Shown here: piece by piece, positions 51,894 through 62,860 of the stretch
Position numbering within the stretch: the first letter of the stretch is position 1
How the letters are laid out: every line of letters begins with the position of its first letter
Assembly (NCBI GenBank): GCA_963771465.1
Contig: CAVYTU010000014.1
Coordinates: forward strand, 320,001-384,000
DNA from: an uncultured delta proteobacterium
GTDB lineage: Bacteria; Desulfobacterota; Binatia; UBA9968
Direction: 5' to 3'
Length of the DNA stretch: 64,000 nucleotides
Notes under the pieces: generated by a model
The model's database searches: none
What the model was told of the DNA's origin: nothing
What the model saw: the letters and a program-made list of their open reading frames with translations, nothing else
Translations under genes and position numbers: made by a program

Positions 51894-52865
51894 CTAGATT
51901 CCGGCTTTAACCAGATCGTGCAGATGAATCATACCGAGCGGTTTTTTGCTGCTGACGTGGAGCACGAAGAGAGCAGTGATCGAGTAGCGTTCCATGATCG
52001 ACATCGCTTCCGTAGCCAATGATTCAGCGGGGATGGTTTTAGGATTGCGCGTCATAATGTCTTTAGCTTTGAGTTCGAGGATCTGACCTCTCGATTCCAA
52101 GCTACGGCGTAGGTCGCCATCCGTTATTACGCCGACGAGCTTGCCCTTAGAATCGGCGACGCCCGTGACGCCAAGCCGTTTAGAAGTAATTTCAAAGAGC
52201 GCATTTCTTACCAATGTCTCTTCTTGAACCATCGGCAACTGCTCGTCGCGATACATGATGTCCTCAACCCGCAAGATCAGCCTTCGGCCCAAAATACCGC
52301 CGGGATGGCGCGCCGCGAAATCGTCCGGCTTAAACCCTTTTTGTTCCAACAGTACGACAGCAAGAGCATCGCCCATGGCCAACGCGGCGGTCGTGCTCGT
52401 CGTCGGCGCCAAGCCGAGCGGGCAAGCTTCCTCATTGATCCTGACGTTCAGCACGACCTCGCCGGCTCGGCCGAGAGTCGATTCGGGATTGCCGGTGATG
52501 ACGATCAGTTTGAGCTCATGGAACTTGAAATGGGGCAGCAATTTTAGAATTTCATCGGTCTCGCCGCTATTGGAGACCGCGAGTATCAAGTCGCCTTTCA
52601 TGACCATGCCGAGATCGCCATGCAAAGCTTCGCCCGAATGAAGGAAGAAAGATGGCGTACCGGTGCTGGCCAGAGTCGCGGCGATCTTGGCGCAAATGTG
52701 ACCGGACTTGCCGACTCCCGTGACGACGACTTTCCCCTCGCAGCGTTGAATCAGTTCAACCGCCCGAACGAAATTGTCATCGAGCCGGTCGATTAGCGAC
52801 AGAATCCCGGCGGATTCGTTTTTGAGTACGGCGGCCGCCCGTTGGAGCAACTGCGCGGAATTCAT
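51894..52865 (-). CDS. kdsD: Arabinose-5-phosphate isomerase
   Basis: G.GKSG, STGTP, HGDLG, APT.STT, HPGG.LG, CBS pair. Confidence 0.95.
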   Translation of the reverse strand: MNSAQLLQRAAAVLKNESAGILSLIDRLDDNFVRAVELIQRCEGKVVVTGVGKSGHICAKIAATLASTGTPSFFLHSGEALHGDLGMVMKGDLILAVSNSGETDEILKLLPHFKFHELKLIVITGNPESTLGRAGEVVLNVRINEEACPLGLAPTTSTTAALAMGDALAVVLLEQKGFKPDDFAARHPGGILGRRLILRVEDIMYRDEQLPMVQEETLVRNALFEITSKRLGVTGVADSKGKLVGVITDGDLRRSLESRGQILELKAKDIMTRNPKTIPAESLATEAMSIMERYSITALFVLHVSSKKPLGMIHLHDLVKAGI

Positions 52866-53698
52866 CTCTGCTCGCTTCGCTTGATCAGATCGTCAATTTC
52901 TTTAACGGTCCTGAGGAGGGATTCAAAATTCTCCAGCGCGAGGGAATTGGGTCCGTCGCTCAACGCATGCTCGGGATCCTCGTGAACTTCCATAAACAGC
53001 GCGTCGATACCGGCCGCGACTCCCGCCCGCGCCAGCGCCGGAATATACTTGCGCTCCCCGCCCGAAGCGCTGCCCAAGCCGCCGGGCAGTTGCAGGCTAT
53101 GAGTTGCATCGAAAACGACTGGATAACCAAGCTCGCGCATCACGACCAAGGACCGCATGTCGGAAACCAAATTGTTATAGCCGAATGACGCGCCGCGCTC
53201 GGTGAGGAGAATCTGCTGGTTGCCGGTCGAAAGAATCTTCTCGACGACATTGCGCATATCCCATGGCGCTAGGAACTGGCCTTTTTTAACATTGATGATT
53301 TTCCCGGACTTGGCAACCGCAACGACGAAGTCGGTCTGGCGGCAAAGAAACGCGGGTATTTGTAATATGTCGGCAACTTCTTTAACCGCCGCGACTTGAT
53401 CGATCTCATGCACGTCGGTGAGAACCGGCACGCCGATCTTTTTCTTGATTTGGGCGAGAATCGCCAAGCCTTCGACCAATCCTGGGCCACGAAATGAATT
53501 GACCGACGATCGGTTGGCCTTGTCGTAGGAAGACTTGAAGATGTAAGGCACACCGACGCGGTCGGCTCGTTCCTTCAACGCCGCGGCATGCCGCAACGCA
53601 GACTCCTTGCTTTCCACCACGCAAGGGCCGGCGATCACCGCGAGGGGTCGGCCGCCCCCGATCTCGACGTCACCGGCCGTTACCAGCTTTGTAGTCAT
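52862..53698 (-). CDS. kdsA: KDO-8-phosphate synthase
   Basis: AGPC, KANRSS, PAFLCRQTD, KKGQF, DATHS. Confidence 0.97.
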   Translation of the reverse strand: MTTKLVTAGDVEIGGGRPLAVIAGPCVVESKESALRHAAALKERADRVGVPYIFKSSYDKANRSSVNSFRGPGLVEGLAILAQIKKKIGVPVLTDVHEIDQVAAVKEVADILQIPAFLCRQTDFVVAVAKSGKIINVKKGQFLAPWDMRNVVEKILSTGNQQILLTERGASFGYNNLVSDMRSLVVMRELGYPVVFDATHSLQLPGGLGSASGGERKYIPALARAGVAAGIDALFMEVHEDPEHALSDGPNSLALENFESLLRTVKEIDDLIKRSEQR

Positions 53699-53717
53699 GG
53701 AAACAACTAAAGGACCG

Positions 53718-55373
<1,656 letters not shown>

Positions 55374-56147
55374 TCAGTTTAAACGCCGCTTCAAATAACG
55401 CTCCGCCCGCTTGAGATCTTCGGATGTATCGACTTCCACCGAGTGCTCGTCAACTTCAGCCACGTAGATCCGATAGCCGTTTTCCAACGCGCGCAGCTGC
55501 TCCAAACTCTCAGTCCGCTCTAGCGCAGTCGGTCGGAGCCGCGCAAACTTGAGCAAAAATTCGCGCCGATAGACATAAAGCCCGAGGTGACGAAAGCCCC
55601 AAAGCCGGCGCTTGCTGCCGGTTGGTAGTTTCCTGCCGCGCGGATCGACAACGCTGTTGCGCACAAAAGGAATCGGCGCCCGGGTGAAATACATCGCGAA
55701 CCCGGCGCGGTCCGTGAGCACTTTGACGATATTTGGATCATGCCACTCCGCTTCGTCGTAAATCGCCGTGCACACGGTGCTCATTGGTACCCTGCGATTT
55801 TGCCGCAGCGGCCGAACCGCTCGGCTGATCGTCGCCGCGTGAATAAACGGCAAATCGCCTTGCACATTGACCAGCAAATCAGCCTTGATCTTGCGCGCCA
55901 CCTCGGCCAAACGATCCGTGCCGCTGGCATGCTTCGGCGAGGTCATCATTACCTCGCCGCCAAAACTTTTGACCGCGGCTTCGATGCGCCGGTCGTCCGT
56001 AGCGACGATGACGCGGTCCAACACTCTCGCCTTCGCGGCGCTCTGGTAAACATGTTGAATCATCGGTTTGCCGCCGATATCGGCCAACGGCTTTCCCGGC
56101 AAACGGGTCGAACCAAAGCGCGCCGGAATGATCGCGACAACACGCAT
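55374..56147 (-). CDS. kdsB: CMP-KDO synthetase
   Basis: IPARFGSTRLPGKPL, SGTDR, NVQGD, LEQLR.LE.G. Confidence 0.96.
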   Translation of the reverse strand: MRVVAIIPARFGSTRLPGKPLADIGGKPMIQHVYQSAAKARVLDRVIVATDDRRIEAAVKSFGGEVMMTSPKHASGTDRLAEVARKIKADLLVNVQGDLPFIHAATISRAVRPLRQNRRVPMSTVCTAIYDEAEWHDPNIVKVLTDRAGFAMYFTRAPIPFVRNSVVDPRGRKLPTGSKRRLWGFRHLGLYVYRREFLLKFARLRPTALERTESLEQLRALENGYRIYVAEVDEHSVEVDTSEDLKRAERYLKRRLN

Positions 56148-56398
56148 GGTTCACGGTCTAAGTTCAATTAAACCAAATAAATCGGCAACCAAAAGAGCGT
56201 CACATCCTAAAAATAAAAAACCGTAATGGCTTTCCGGGAAAGCGCATCACGGAATTCGATAATACGCTTGGGCTGTCGAGGTGTCAATGTGAATGCGCGG
56301 ATCAAGACACAAGCTGGCGAAAACCTCTCGGCGCTTGACTCAACATTCCGTAATCGTGATAGGAGTAACCTATCCAAAGAAACGGCAGGAAGTTTATT

Positions 56399-57325
56399 AT
56401 GGCAGATTTGATCAAGATTAACGCCGGTTTCGCCACCATCGGCCAGGGCGCGGGACCGATGATGGTGACGTGGAAAGCCGGGCTGTTTCAAAAACACGGA
56501 CTCGACGTCGATCGCCCGCCGGTGATGGGGGGAGCCAAAGGCGTAGTGCGCGGTCTGATGTCAGGGGAAATTCAATTTGGCAATTTGGCCGCGCCGGCGC
56601 CGCTCAGAGCGAATCTCAAAGGCGAGGCGGACGTCGTCTTTCTTACCGGTGGCATCAATCAGCAGTTCGTCATCGGTCGGCCGGGAATCAACAGCCGGGC
56701 TGAATTGGCGGGCAAAAAAATCGGCACGGTCGCCGACGGCGGCATCGGCGATGCGCTGGTGAAGTTCGTAATCGCTAAGCTCGATGCAGCCGGTATCAAA
56801 GGGCTGCACGAAGTGCCGATCGCGCACGGCGCCGAAGCAGAACTCGAGGCGCTGATGAGCGGCAAAGCCGACGCCGTCGTCGGCACGCCGCCGGAATGCA
56901 TTGACGTGATCCGTCATGGGTGCAAATATTTGATCGACTTCGCCGAGTACGGTCTTAACTATGCGCTTGGCGGTATCGCCGGGCGACGCGACTACATCGA
57001 AAAGAATCCCGAAATCACGCGAAAATTCGTCAAAGCTTACGTCGAAGGCATGCACCGTTATCGGACGGACCGAGAGTTTACCGTCGACGTCCAGGCTGAC
57101 TATAGCGGCATCGCCGATCGCACCATCGCCGAAGACACCTACGACCTCACCCAACCCGGCATGCCGCGCGCGCCCTATCCAGTGGTCGCCGCACTGCAAA
57201 CGTTACTCGATTTCATGGCCAACGAATTGCCCGAAGCGAAGGGAGCGGACGCCAATAAGTTCGTCGACCACCGCTTCATCCGCGAGCTGGAAAACAATGG
57301 CTTCATCGCCTCGCTGGCGAAGTAA
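56399..57325 (+). CDS. NMT1/SsuA-like substrate-binding protein (no clear signal peptide)
   Basis: GLF.KHGLDV, L.GKKIG, NPE...KFVKA, FVD..FI.EL...GFI. Confidence 0.8.
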   Translation: MADLIKINAGFATIGQGAGPMMVTWKAGLFQKHGLDVDRPPVMGGAKGVVRGLMSGEIQFGNLAAPAPLRANLKGEADVVFLTGGINQQFVIGRPGINSRAELAGKKIGTVADGGIGDALVKFVIAKLDAAGIKGLHEVPIAHGAEAELEALMSGKADAVVGTPPECIDVIRHGCKYLIDFAEYGLNYALGGIAGRRDYIEKNPEITRKFVKAYVEGMHRYRTDREFTVDVQADYSGIADRTIAEDTYDLTQPGMPRAPYPVVAALQTLLDFMANELPEAKGADANKFVDHRFIRELENNGFIASLAK

Positions 57326-57339
57326 AGGAGAGCGAATGT

Positions 57340-58356
57340 ATGACTAGAACAATGATCAATTTACAAATTGGGCTGTTTTCACTTCTATTGCTGGTCAGTT
57401 CGATAACCCGCGGCCATGCGGCCAGCAGCGAGTCGTTGATCGACGCCGCCAAGCGTGAAGGGGAAGTCGTCTACTACGCATCGATGAATCTCAGCGAAGC
57501 CAACGCGATCGTCGCCGAGTTCGAGAAGCGTTACCCGTTTATCAAAGTGAAGTTGCAGCGCACCGGCAGCGAAAAACTTTTGAGCCGCGTATTGACCGAG
57601 TTCCGCGCCAAGAAAATTTTTGCCGATGTGATCCAGACCGTCGAGTTCAGCATGCATATTTTCAACCGAACGGGCGCGCTGGCGCGTTATCTGCCGCAGT
57701 CGAATGCCGCCTATCCGAAGGAGTTCAAGGAAGAAGGATTTTGGACCACGGTTTATTACAATGCTTATGTCACCGCCTATAACACTCGGCTGGTGCCGGC
57801 CCGTCAGTTGCCAAAAACCTACGACGACCTGCTCGATCCCAAGTGGAAAGGCAAGCTCATGATGGAAGGAACCAAAGCCGATTGGTTCGCCGGTATGCTG
57901 CAGATCCTCGGCCAGGAACGCGGCTTGAAATACATGCGCGACCTCGCCAAGCAGCAGCCAAGCCCGCGTGAGGGGCATGAGCTGTTAGCCCAACTCGTCG
58001 TCGCCGGCGAGGGCGCCTTCGATATCAATATTCCGGCGGCTTCGGTGGAGAGAATGAAAGAGCGCGGCGCGCCGATCGATTGGACCGCGCTCGGCCCGAC
58101 ACCGGCGATCATGGTCGGCTCCGGCGTCGCCACCGGCGCACCGCACCCTAACGCGGCCAAACTGTTCCTGGAGTTTGCGCTATCCCGTGAAGGTCAGAAA
58201 CTGATGCAAACCCCGGGTCGCCATAGCGCCCGCACGGACTTCAGCAACGAGCAGGCCGCCATGCTAAAAGACCTCAAGATCGTCCCGGTCAATCCCGCAC
58301 TGGCGGAAAAGCTCGACGAATACGCTAAACAACTTCGGTCGATCTTCGGTAGCTGA
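57340..58356 (+). CDS. Extracellular solute-binding protein (AfuA/FbpA-like)
   Basis: Signal peptide, AKREGEVV.Y, YNT..P..Y.DLLDPKWKG, APHPNAAKLF..LS.EGQ. Confidence 0.85.
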   Translation: MTRTMINLQIGLFSLLLLVSSITRGHAASSESLIDAAKREGEVVYYASMNLSEANAIVAEFEKRYPFIKVKLQRTGSEKLLSRVLTEFRAKKIFADVIQTVEFSMHIFNRTGALARYLPQSNAAYPKEFKEEGFWTTVYYNAYVTAYNTRLVPARQLPKTYDDLLDPKWKGKLMMEGTKADWFAGMLQILGQERGLKYMRDLAKQQPSPREGHELLAQLVVAGEGAFDINIPAASVERMKERGAPIDWTALGPTPAIMVGSGVATGAPHPNAAKLFLEFALSREGQKLMQTPGRHSARTDFSNEQAAMLKDLKIVPVNPALAEKLDEYAKQLRSIFGS

Positions 58357-58424
58357 CGACGCTTTGGAGTATTGGTCCTCTCAGTCTTATGAGTCCTATT
58401 GCTAAATTGAAAAAGGAGAACCCG

Positions 58425-59195
58425 ATGCGCTTCATGTTCTTGAACCACTCGGCGCAACGCCACTCGCCCGAGCTCGAAGCCCACATCGCCAAGCTGCTCA
58501 AAAGCTACGCCTCGCCGGAAACAACTTTCGAGCAAGTTTATCCCGAAGATCTCGGTAGCGGCGCGGTGCTAAGCCTGCTCGAAGAGCGTAAAGCGCTCTC
58601 GGGTTTGCACCACATGCTAGAAACACCGGCGCTGGTGAAAAAAGCCATCGAGGCTGAACAACAAGGCTTCGACGCGGTGATCCAAAGCAACACCTTTGAC
58701 CCCGGCGTCGAAGCGAGCCGGCTCGCCGTCCGCATTCCCGTCATCGGTCTGTTGCGCGCGTCGCTCCATTTTGCCGCGACTATTTGCGATCGATTCGGAC
58801 TGATCGTGCCGTTGGAGACCCACATTGCGCACACCCAGAGGCTGGTGCAAACCTATGGCATGTCGGGCTTCGTCATGGGCGTTCGCACCGTCGGACTCTA
58901 TGATACCGGCGACCTGTGGGGTTACCATGACGAGGTGATTCAGCGCACGCTCGAAGTCGGCAAGGAATTGGTCGCTCAGGGCGCGCAGGCGATCATTCCT
59001 CTTGGCGGCAAGATTTATCCTTACGTCGTCACCCCCGAAGAACTGGAACCCCATCTCGGTGTGCCGGTGATCAACACCAAAGCGGTCGGCGTGAGTTACG
59101 CTGAGCTGATGGCGCGAAACAATTTGAAACACAGCATCAAAGCTTATCCATGTCTTACCGGCATGGACCCCGAATCGGTTTCGAAGCGGTTGTAA
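58425..59195 (+). CDS. Asp/Glu/hydantoin racemase superfamily protein lacking the catalytic Cys pair
   Basis: AE..GFDAVI....DPG..A.R....PVIG, GA.AII.LG, GVPVI; AAGGAG RBS. Confidence 0.8.
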   Translation: MRFMFLNHSAQRHSPELEAHIAKLLKSYASPETTFEQVYPEDLGSGAVLSLLEERKALSGLHHMLETPALVKKAIEAEQQGFDAVIQSNTFDPGVEASRLAVRIPVIGLLRASLHFAATICDRFGLIVPLETHIAHTQRLVQTYGMSGFVMGVRTVGLYDTGDLWGYHDEVIQRTLEVGKELVAQGAQAIIPLGGKIYPYVVTPEELEPHLGVPVINTKAVGVSYAELMARNNLKHSIKAYPCLTGMDPESVSKRL

Positions 59196-59260
59196 TTAAC
59201 CGCTCGCAGAGATGCGTCCCACAGATTTTGCCAGAAGCCTATTTGGAGTATGACGAATTC

Positions 59261-60355
59261 ATGATTATCGACGGCGACGGTCACTTTTTTGAAACCGAAG
59301 AGATGTTCGATAAATATATGGAGCCGAGTTTGCACAATTATCGGCCGCGCTTGCTGACCGACGAACAAGGCCATAACTTCTGGGTCGTCGATGGCCAGAC
59401 CTCGTACAAAAGGCCAACAATCAAAGGAGCCGGCGCGCCCGGCACCGCCGCACCCCCAGGCAAAGCGCTGCAATCGGCGCGGCGCGCCACGCCTGGAAGT
59501 CAGACGCTGACCAATCTCAAAGAACGCTTGGAAGATCTCGACCGGGAAGCGATCGACTTGCAGTTCATCTATCCAAGTTTTCTGCTCCACGCCAACGCTT
59601 GGCCAGACGGCATTTTGGCCAACGGCGTCTGCCGCGCCTATAACACCTGGCTCAACGAAGCATGCAGTCAAGCGCCCGACCGGCTCAAAGCCGTCGGCGT
59701 CGTATCGTTGATGGATCCTCAAGGCGCGGCGAAAGAGATCACCCGCTTGCACGACATGGGCGTCATGGCGGTGATGATCAACGGCACCGCCGGAGCACGC
59801 CGCCTCGATCATCCGGAGCATGATGGGTTTTTCGCCGAATGCGATCGCGTCAAGATGCCGATCGCTGTCCACTTTAGCTTGCAGTTTCCCTGCGTCGATA
59901 CGCTCTTCGAGCACCACTTTCCCAACCGCGTTTTGGCGGGCATCTTCCCGATCATGGCCGGGCTCACCAGCGTGCTCTGCTCCGGCTTGCTCGATCGCTA
60001 TAAGAATTTAAGGTTCGCCTTTCTCGAAGGCGGCATCAGTTGGGTGCCGGCCCATGTCGAACGCATGGATGACCATTTTGACAATCCGCGTTACGGTGCC
60101 AAGGATCTGCTCAGCCATCCGCCTAGTGACTATCTCAAAACCGGTCGCGTGTTCTTCGGCTGCGAAGGCAACGAGCCTTTCCTCGGCAAGATCGTCGCGG
60201 CAGTCGGCGAGGAGCTTTTCATGTTCTCGTCCGATTATCCGCACGCCGACCGCACCGAGGGAACGGCAACTTTCCTCAAGGATCGCACCGATATCGCCGC
60301 GCCGGTGCGCCAGAAGCTTTTGGCAGACAACGCGCGAAACTTTTACGGTTTGTGA
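59261..60355 (+). CDS. Amidohydrolase_2 family protein
   Basis: IID.DGH..E, RAYN.W, VH, FLEGG..W, FSSDYPH.D, NA..FY. Confidence 0.9.
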   Translation: MIIDGDGHFFETEEMFDKYMEPSLHNYRPRLLTDEQGHNFWVVDGQTSYKRPTIKGAGAPGTAAPPGKALQSARRATPGSQTLTNLKERLEDLDREAIDLQFIYPSFLLHANAWPDGILANGVCRAYNTWLNEACSQAPDRLKAVGVVSLMDPQGAAKEITRLHDMGVMAVMINGTAGARRLDHPEHDGFFAECDRVKMPIAVHFSLQFPCVDTLFEHHFPNRVLAGIFPIMAGLTSVLCSGLLDRYKNLRFAFLEGGISWVPAHVERMDDHFDNPRYGAKDLLSHPPSDYLKTGRVFFGCEGNEPFLGKIVAAVGEELFMFSSDYPHADRTEGTATFLKDRTDIAAPVRQKLLADNARNFYGL

Positions 60356-60507
60356 TCGACTCGGCGTGACGCTCGTACTCAATGGAGCGTAATCGCGGTG
60401 ACGATTCGTTCGCCATGCCGTAACCACGTCCTTGAGGTCTTAAGCGTTGCATCGTCGTTTGAATCGACTCACTCAGGCCATGTCGATATGTCGAAGGCGA
60501 TGAACTC

Positions 60508-60795
60508 ATGAAAAACGCAATCAATATTTTCGTCGTCGTAGTGACAACCTTAGTATTTAGCAGTGTCTCCTTCGCCCAAGCGAAAACGGCGCTGCCGGTC
60601 ATTCCTGCAACTCCGACGATGCCTGCAATGGAAACGAAAGCGGAGAAGGCGTTCGAGAAAGTCGCGGAAAAAGCCGGCGAGAAGGGCAAGGTCGAAGCCA
60701 AGGCTAAGTCCAAAAAGCCTACCAAGAAGGCGGTTGACGAGATGGCTGACATGGCGAAAGCCAAGATGGAAGAAAAGACGGGTGAATATGGGTAG
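60508..60795 (+). CDS. Small secreted Lys/Ala/Glu-rich protein
   Basis: Signal peptide ending SFA-Q, PATP linker, low-complexity body. Confidence 0.65.
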   Translation: MKNAINIFVVVVTTLVFSSVSFAQAKTALPVIPATPTMPAMETKAEKAFEKVAEKAGEKGKVEAKAKSKKPTKKAVDEMADMAKAKMEEKTGEYG

Positions 60796-61009
60796 GAAAA
60801 ACAAGTAATCCGTCGACTTCCGTTTTTTCCCAGGGGCACTCGACAAGCTCGATTGTCCTTTTTTTTGGTACCCGCAACCTGCTTGGTGATCGGCTTGTCA
60901 GCGACCAACAGCAAACCCAGCTTGATTTACCCCATCTCGATACTATAAAATTTCTAACTGTAAGTGGTGCGTTGCGCGGGGTTCGGGTGTGTTGAAAGGA
61001 GGAGTGGAG

Positions 61010-61192
61010 ATGGATCTGCCGAAATGTCAGAAATGCAACAATGGTATTCTTATTCCCCTGTCAGATTACGGCCAGGAGGGCGCCTCGGTAACGTACAAAG
61101 CATGGGCTTGTACTAATCCCGACTGCGGCTTTTCTCTGCGTATCGACAAAGGCGAAGTAACCTACGGCAAGCGCATCGAACCGAAACACTGA
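61010..61192 (+). CDS. Small zinc-ribbon protein
   Basis: AAGGAGG RBS; CQKC..LIPLSDYG..KAW.C.NP.C. Confidence 0.75.
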   Translation: MDLPKCQKCNNGILIPLSDYGQEGASVTYKAWACTNPDCGFSLRIDKGEVTYGKRIEPKH

Positions 61193-61291
61193 ACGAGAAA
61201 ACGTTGATATTTCTACCGGCGGTCTGCAATTCGGGCCATCGAATCCAGACCCAAACGCGCAACTCTCCAGGACTCCATCACACCATTTTTC

Positions 61292-61948
61292 TTATCCCGG
61301 CATGCTTTGATTGAAGCTTTGAATCGCTCGGCCAAAGAGCTCGCAGCCTTGCTTCAAAGCCGCCAGACATTTTTGCTGTGACTCGGCATCGGTGGCGTAA
61401 CGCCGGAGAATTTCCGGCGCGATCCATTCATGTCCTTCTTCGTCGGCAAGTAGCGTATCGCGATAAATCGACGCCGTTGTCGGATCGATCGGCGTCACCC
61501 GCTCGATGAACGATTTTGACGTGCGCGGAAAAAACTCTTCATGACCGAATTGCACGCTGGCGATCAACTCGCACAGCGATCCCAGCGACGAGTGAAAATC
61601 CCACAGTTCTTTCAGCTCCTTAAGAGGGCTGTTCCACAACGCATCGGGATCGCCGTTGAGTTCGGCGATGCGTTTGCGCAGGATGGCGGTGTGCTTGAGT
61701 TCGTTGACGACGTACTCGGACATCGGTTGTTGCAGATCGAGATCGGGAATCTTGCCCACCCATGGCGCGGTCACTTCCGCCGCTTTGCGCTCCATTACCA
61801 CACCGAACTGAAGCCGGCGCAAAACCACGGCTGCGCTCAACGGTTTCTCAGCGCCGTAGCTTTTGCGTTCGGCATTCATTTTTTCCCAGAATCCTTCGCG
61901 GGTCGCGACTAATTGATTGAGAAATTCTTCCGGCTTCAAGGTTTGCAT
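61292..61948 (-). CDS. Ferritin-like (four-helix di-iron) protein
   Basis: E (MER)..ELKH..EE..EEGH ligand pattern; GAGG RBS. Confidence 0.7.
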   Translation of the reverse strand: MQTLKPEEFLNQLVATREGFWEKMNAERKSYGAEKPLSAAVVLRRLQFGVVMERKAAEVTAPWVGKIPDLDLQQPMSEYVVNELKHTAILRKRIAELNGDPDALWNSPLKELKELWDFHSSLGSLCELIASVQFGHEEFFPRTSKSFIERVTPIDPTTASIYRDTLLADEEGHEWIAPEILRRYATDAESQQKCLAALKQGCELFGRAIQSFNQSMPG

Positions 61949-62079
61949 AATTTCCTCGCTTCAACACAACGCTCGGTGATTGACTCCAGGTTTCATTTAG
62001 GTTTTAACAATACAAGAAATCCGACCGCGGTAAAAGCTTGTAAAAAGCGCCGAGCCGAGCCATTTCACAACCATCGCCA

Positions 62080-62823
62080 ATGGAACCCGCGCAAGCCAAG
62101 ACAGTCGTCGACAACCTCTATAAGGACGTCCACACCCACTGGGACAAGACCATCAACCACGGCGAGTTCATGACTCGGCTGCGTGAAGGTACTCTGCCGC
62201 TTCCCTGCCTGCGCAGGTTTTTCAAAGACTGGGGGCTTTTCTCCATCGAAGTCGTCGCCCTCAATGCGGTTTCCTATTACGTCCATTTGCCGTTTTTCGT
62301 CGACAACTTCGATCTACTCGCGCCGCTCTGCGACAAAGTCGCCGAGGAACTGATCTCGCCCAAACCACCGGGGCATATTCTAATCTTGCTCGAAACGGCG
62401 CAAGCGATCGGTCTGTCAAAAGAGGAAGTTTTCGAACAGCCGGCGTCCGCCGCCGGCCGCGCCATCAGCGACTTTTGTCGGCGCGTCTTTCAAGACGGCT
62501 CGATCATCGAACTCTGGGGCGCCCATGTTTACGAAGAGACCCTCGGCCACTGGTCTAAGCAATGGGCCGAGGCTCTGGTCACCCATTACCGCATGAGCAA
62601 ACGCCAGGCGATTTATTTCACCGCCCACGCCGAAGCCGACTTGATCCAACATGAAGATCGCATGGGCCACGGCCCGCTCAATCGCATGATTCTGCAGCGC
62701 ATCTTGGAACAGGGGAGAACCGCAAAAAAACTCGGCTACGATCCGAAATACTGCGCCTTCACCATGGTCGATCTCCAAGCGCTGATGGAGCAGCATGCGT
62801 TGGCCAATCCTTATCCGTCATAA
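62080..62823 (+). CDS. Heme-oxygenase-like / TenA-PqqC-CADD fold iron-containing redox enzyme
   Basis: H.F...L..G.L, EEL..H, YE, YF..H..AD..H. Confidence 0.75.
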   Translation: MEPAQAKTVVDNLYKDVHTHWDKTINHGEFMTRLREGTLPLPCLRRFFKDWGLFSIEVVALNAVSYYVHLPFFVDNFDLLAPLCDKVAEELISPKPPGHILILLETAQAIGLSKEEVFEQPASAAGRAISDFCRRVFQDGSIIELWGAHVYEETLGHWSKQWAEALVTHYRMSKRQAIYFTAHAEADLIQHEDRMGHGPLNRMILQRILEQGRTAKKLGYDPKYCAFTMVDLQALMEQHALANPYPS

Positions 62824-62860
62824 AATTTCATTAGCGTCGAAGTCGAATCAAATAGGAATC

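Noticed and set aside
60770-60808. Possible extra-base indel at the end of the Lys-rich secreted protein (GEYG* versus ..MGRKNK*)
   Set aside because: No conserved motif to judge which ending is right
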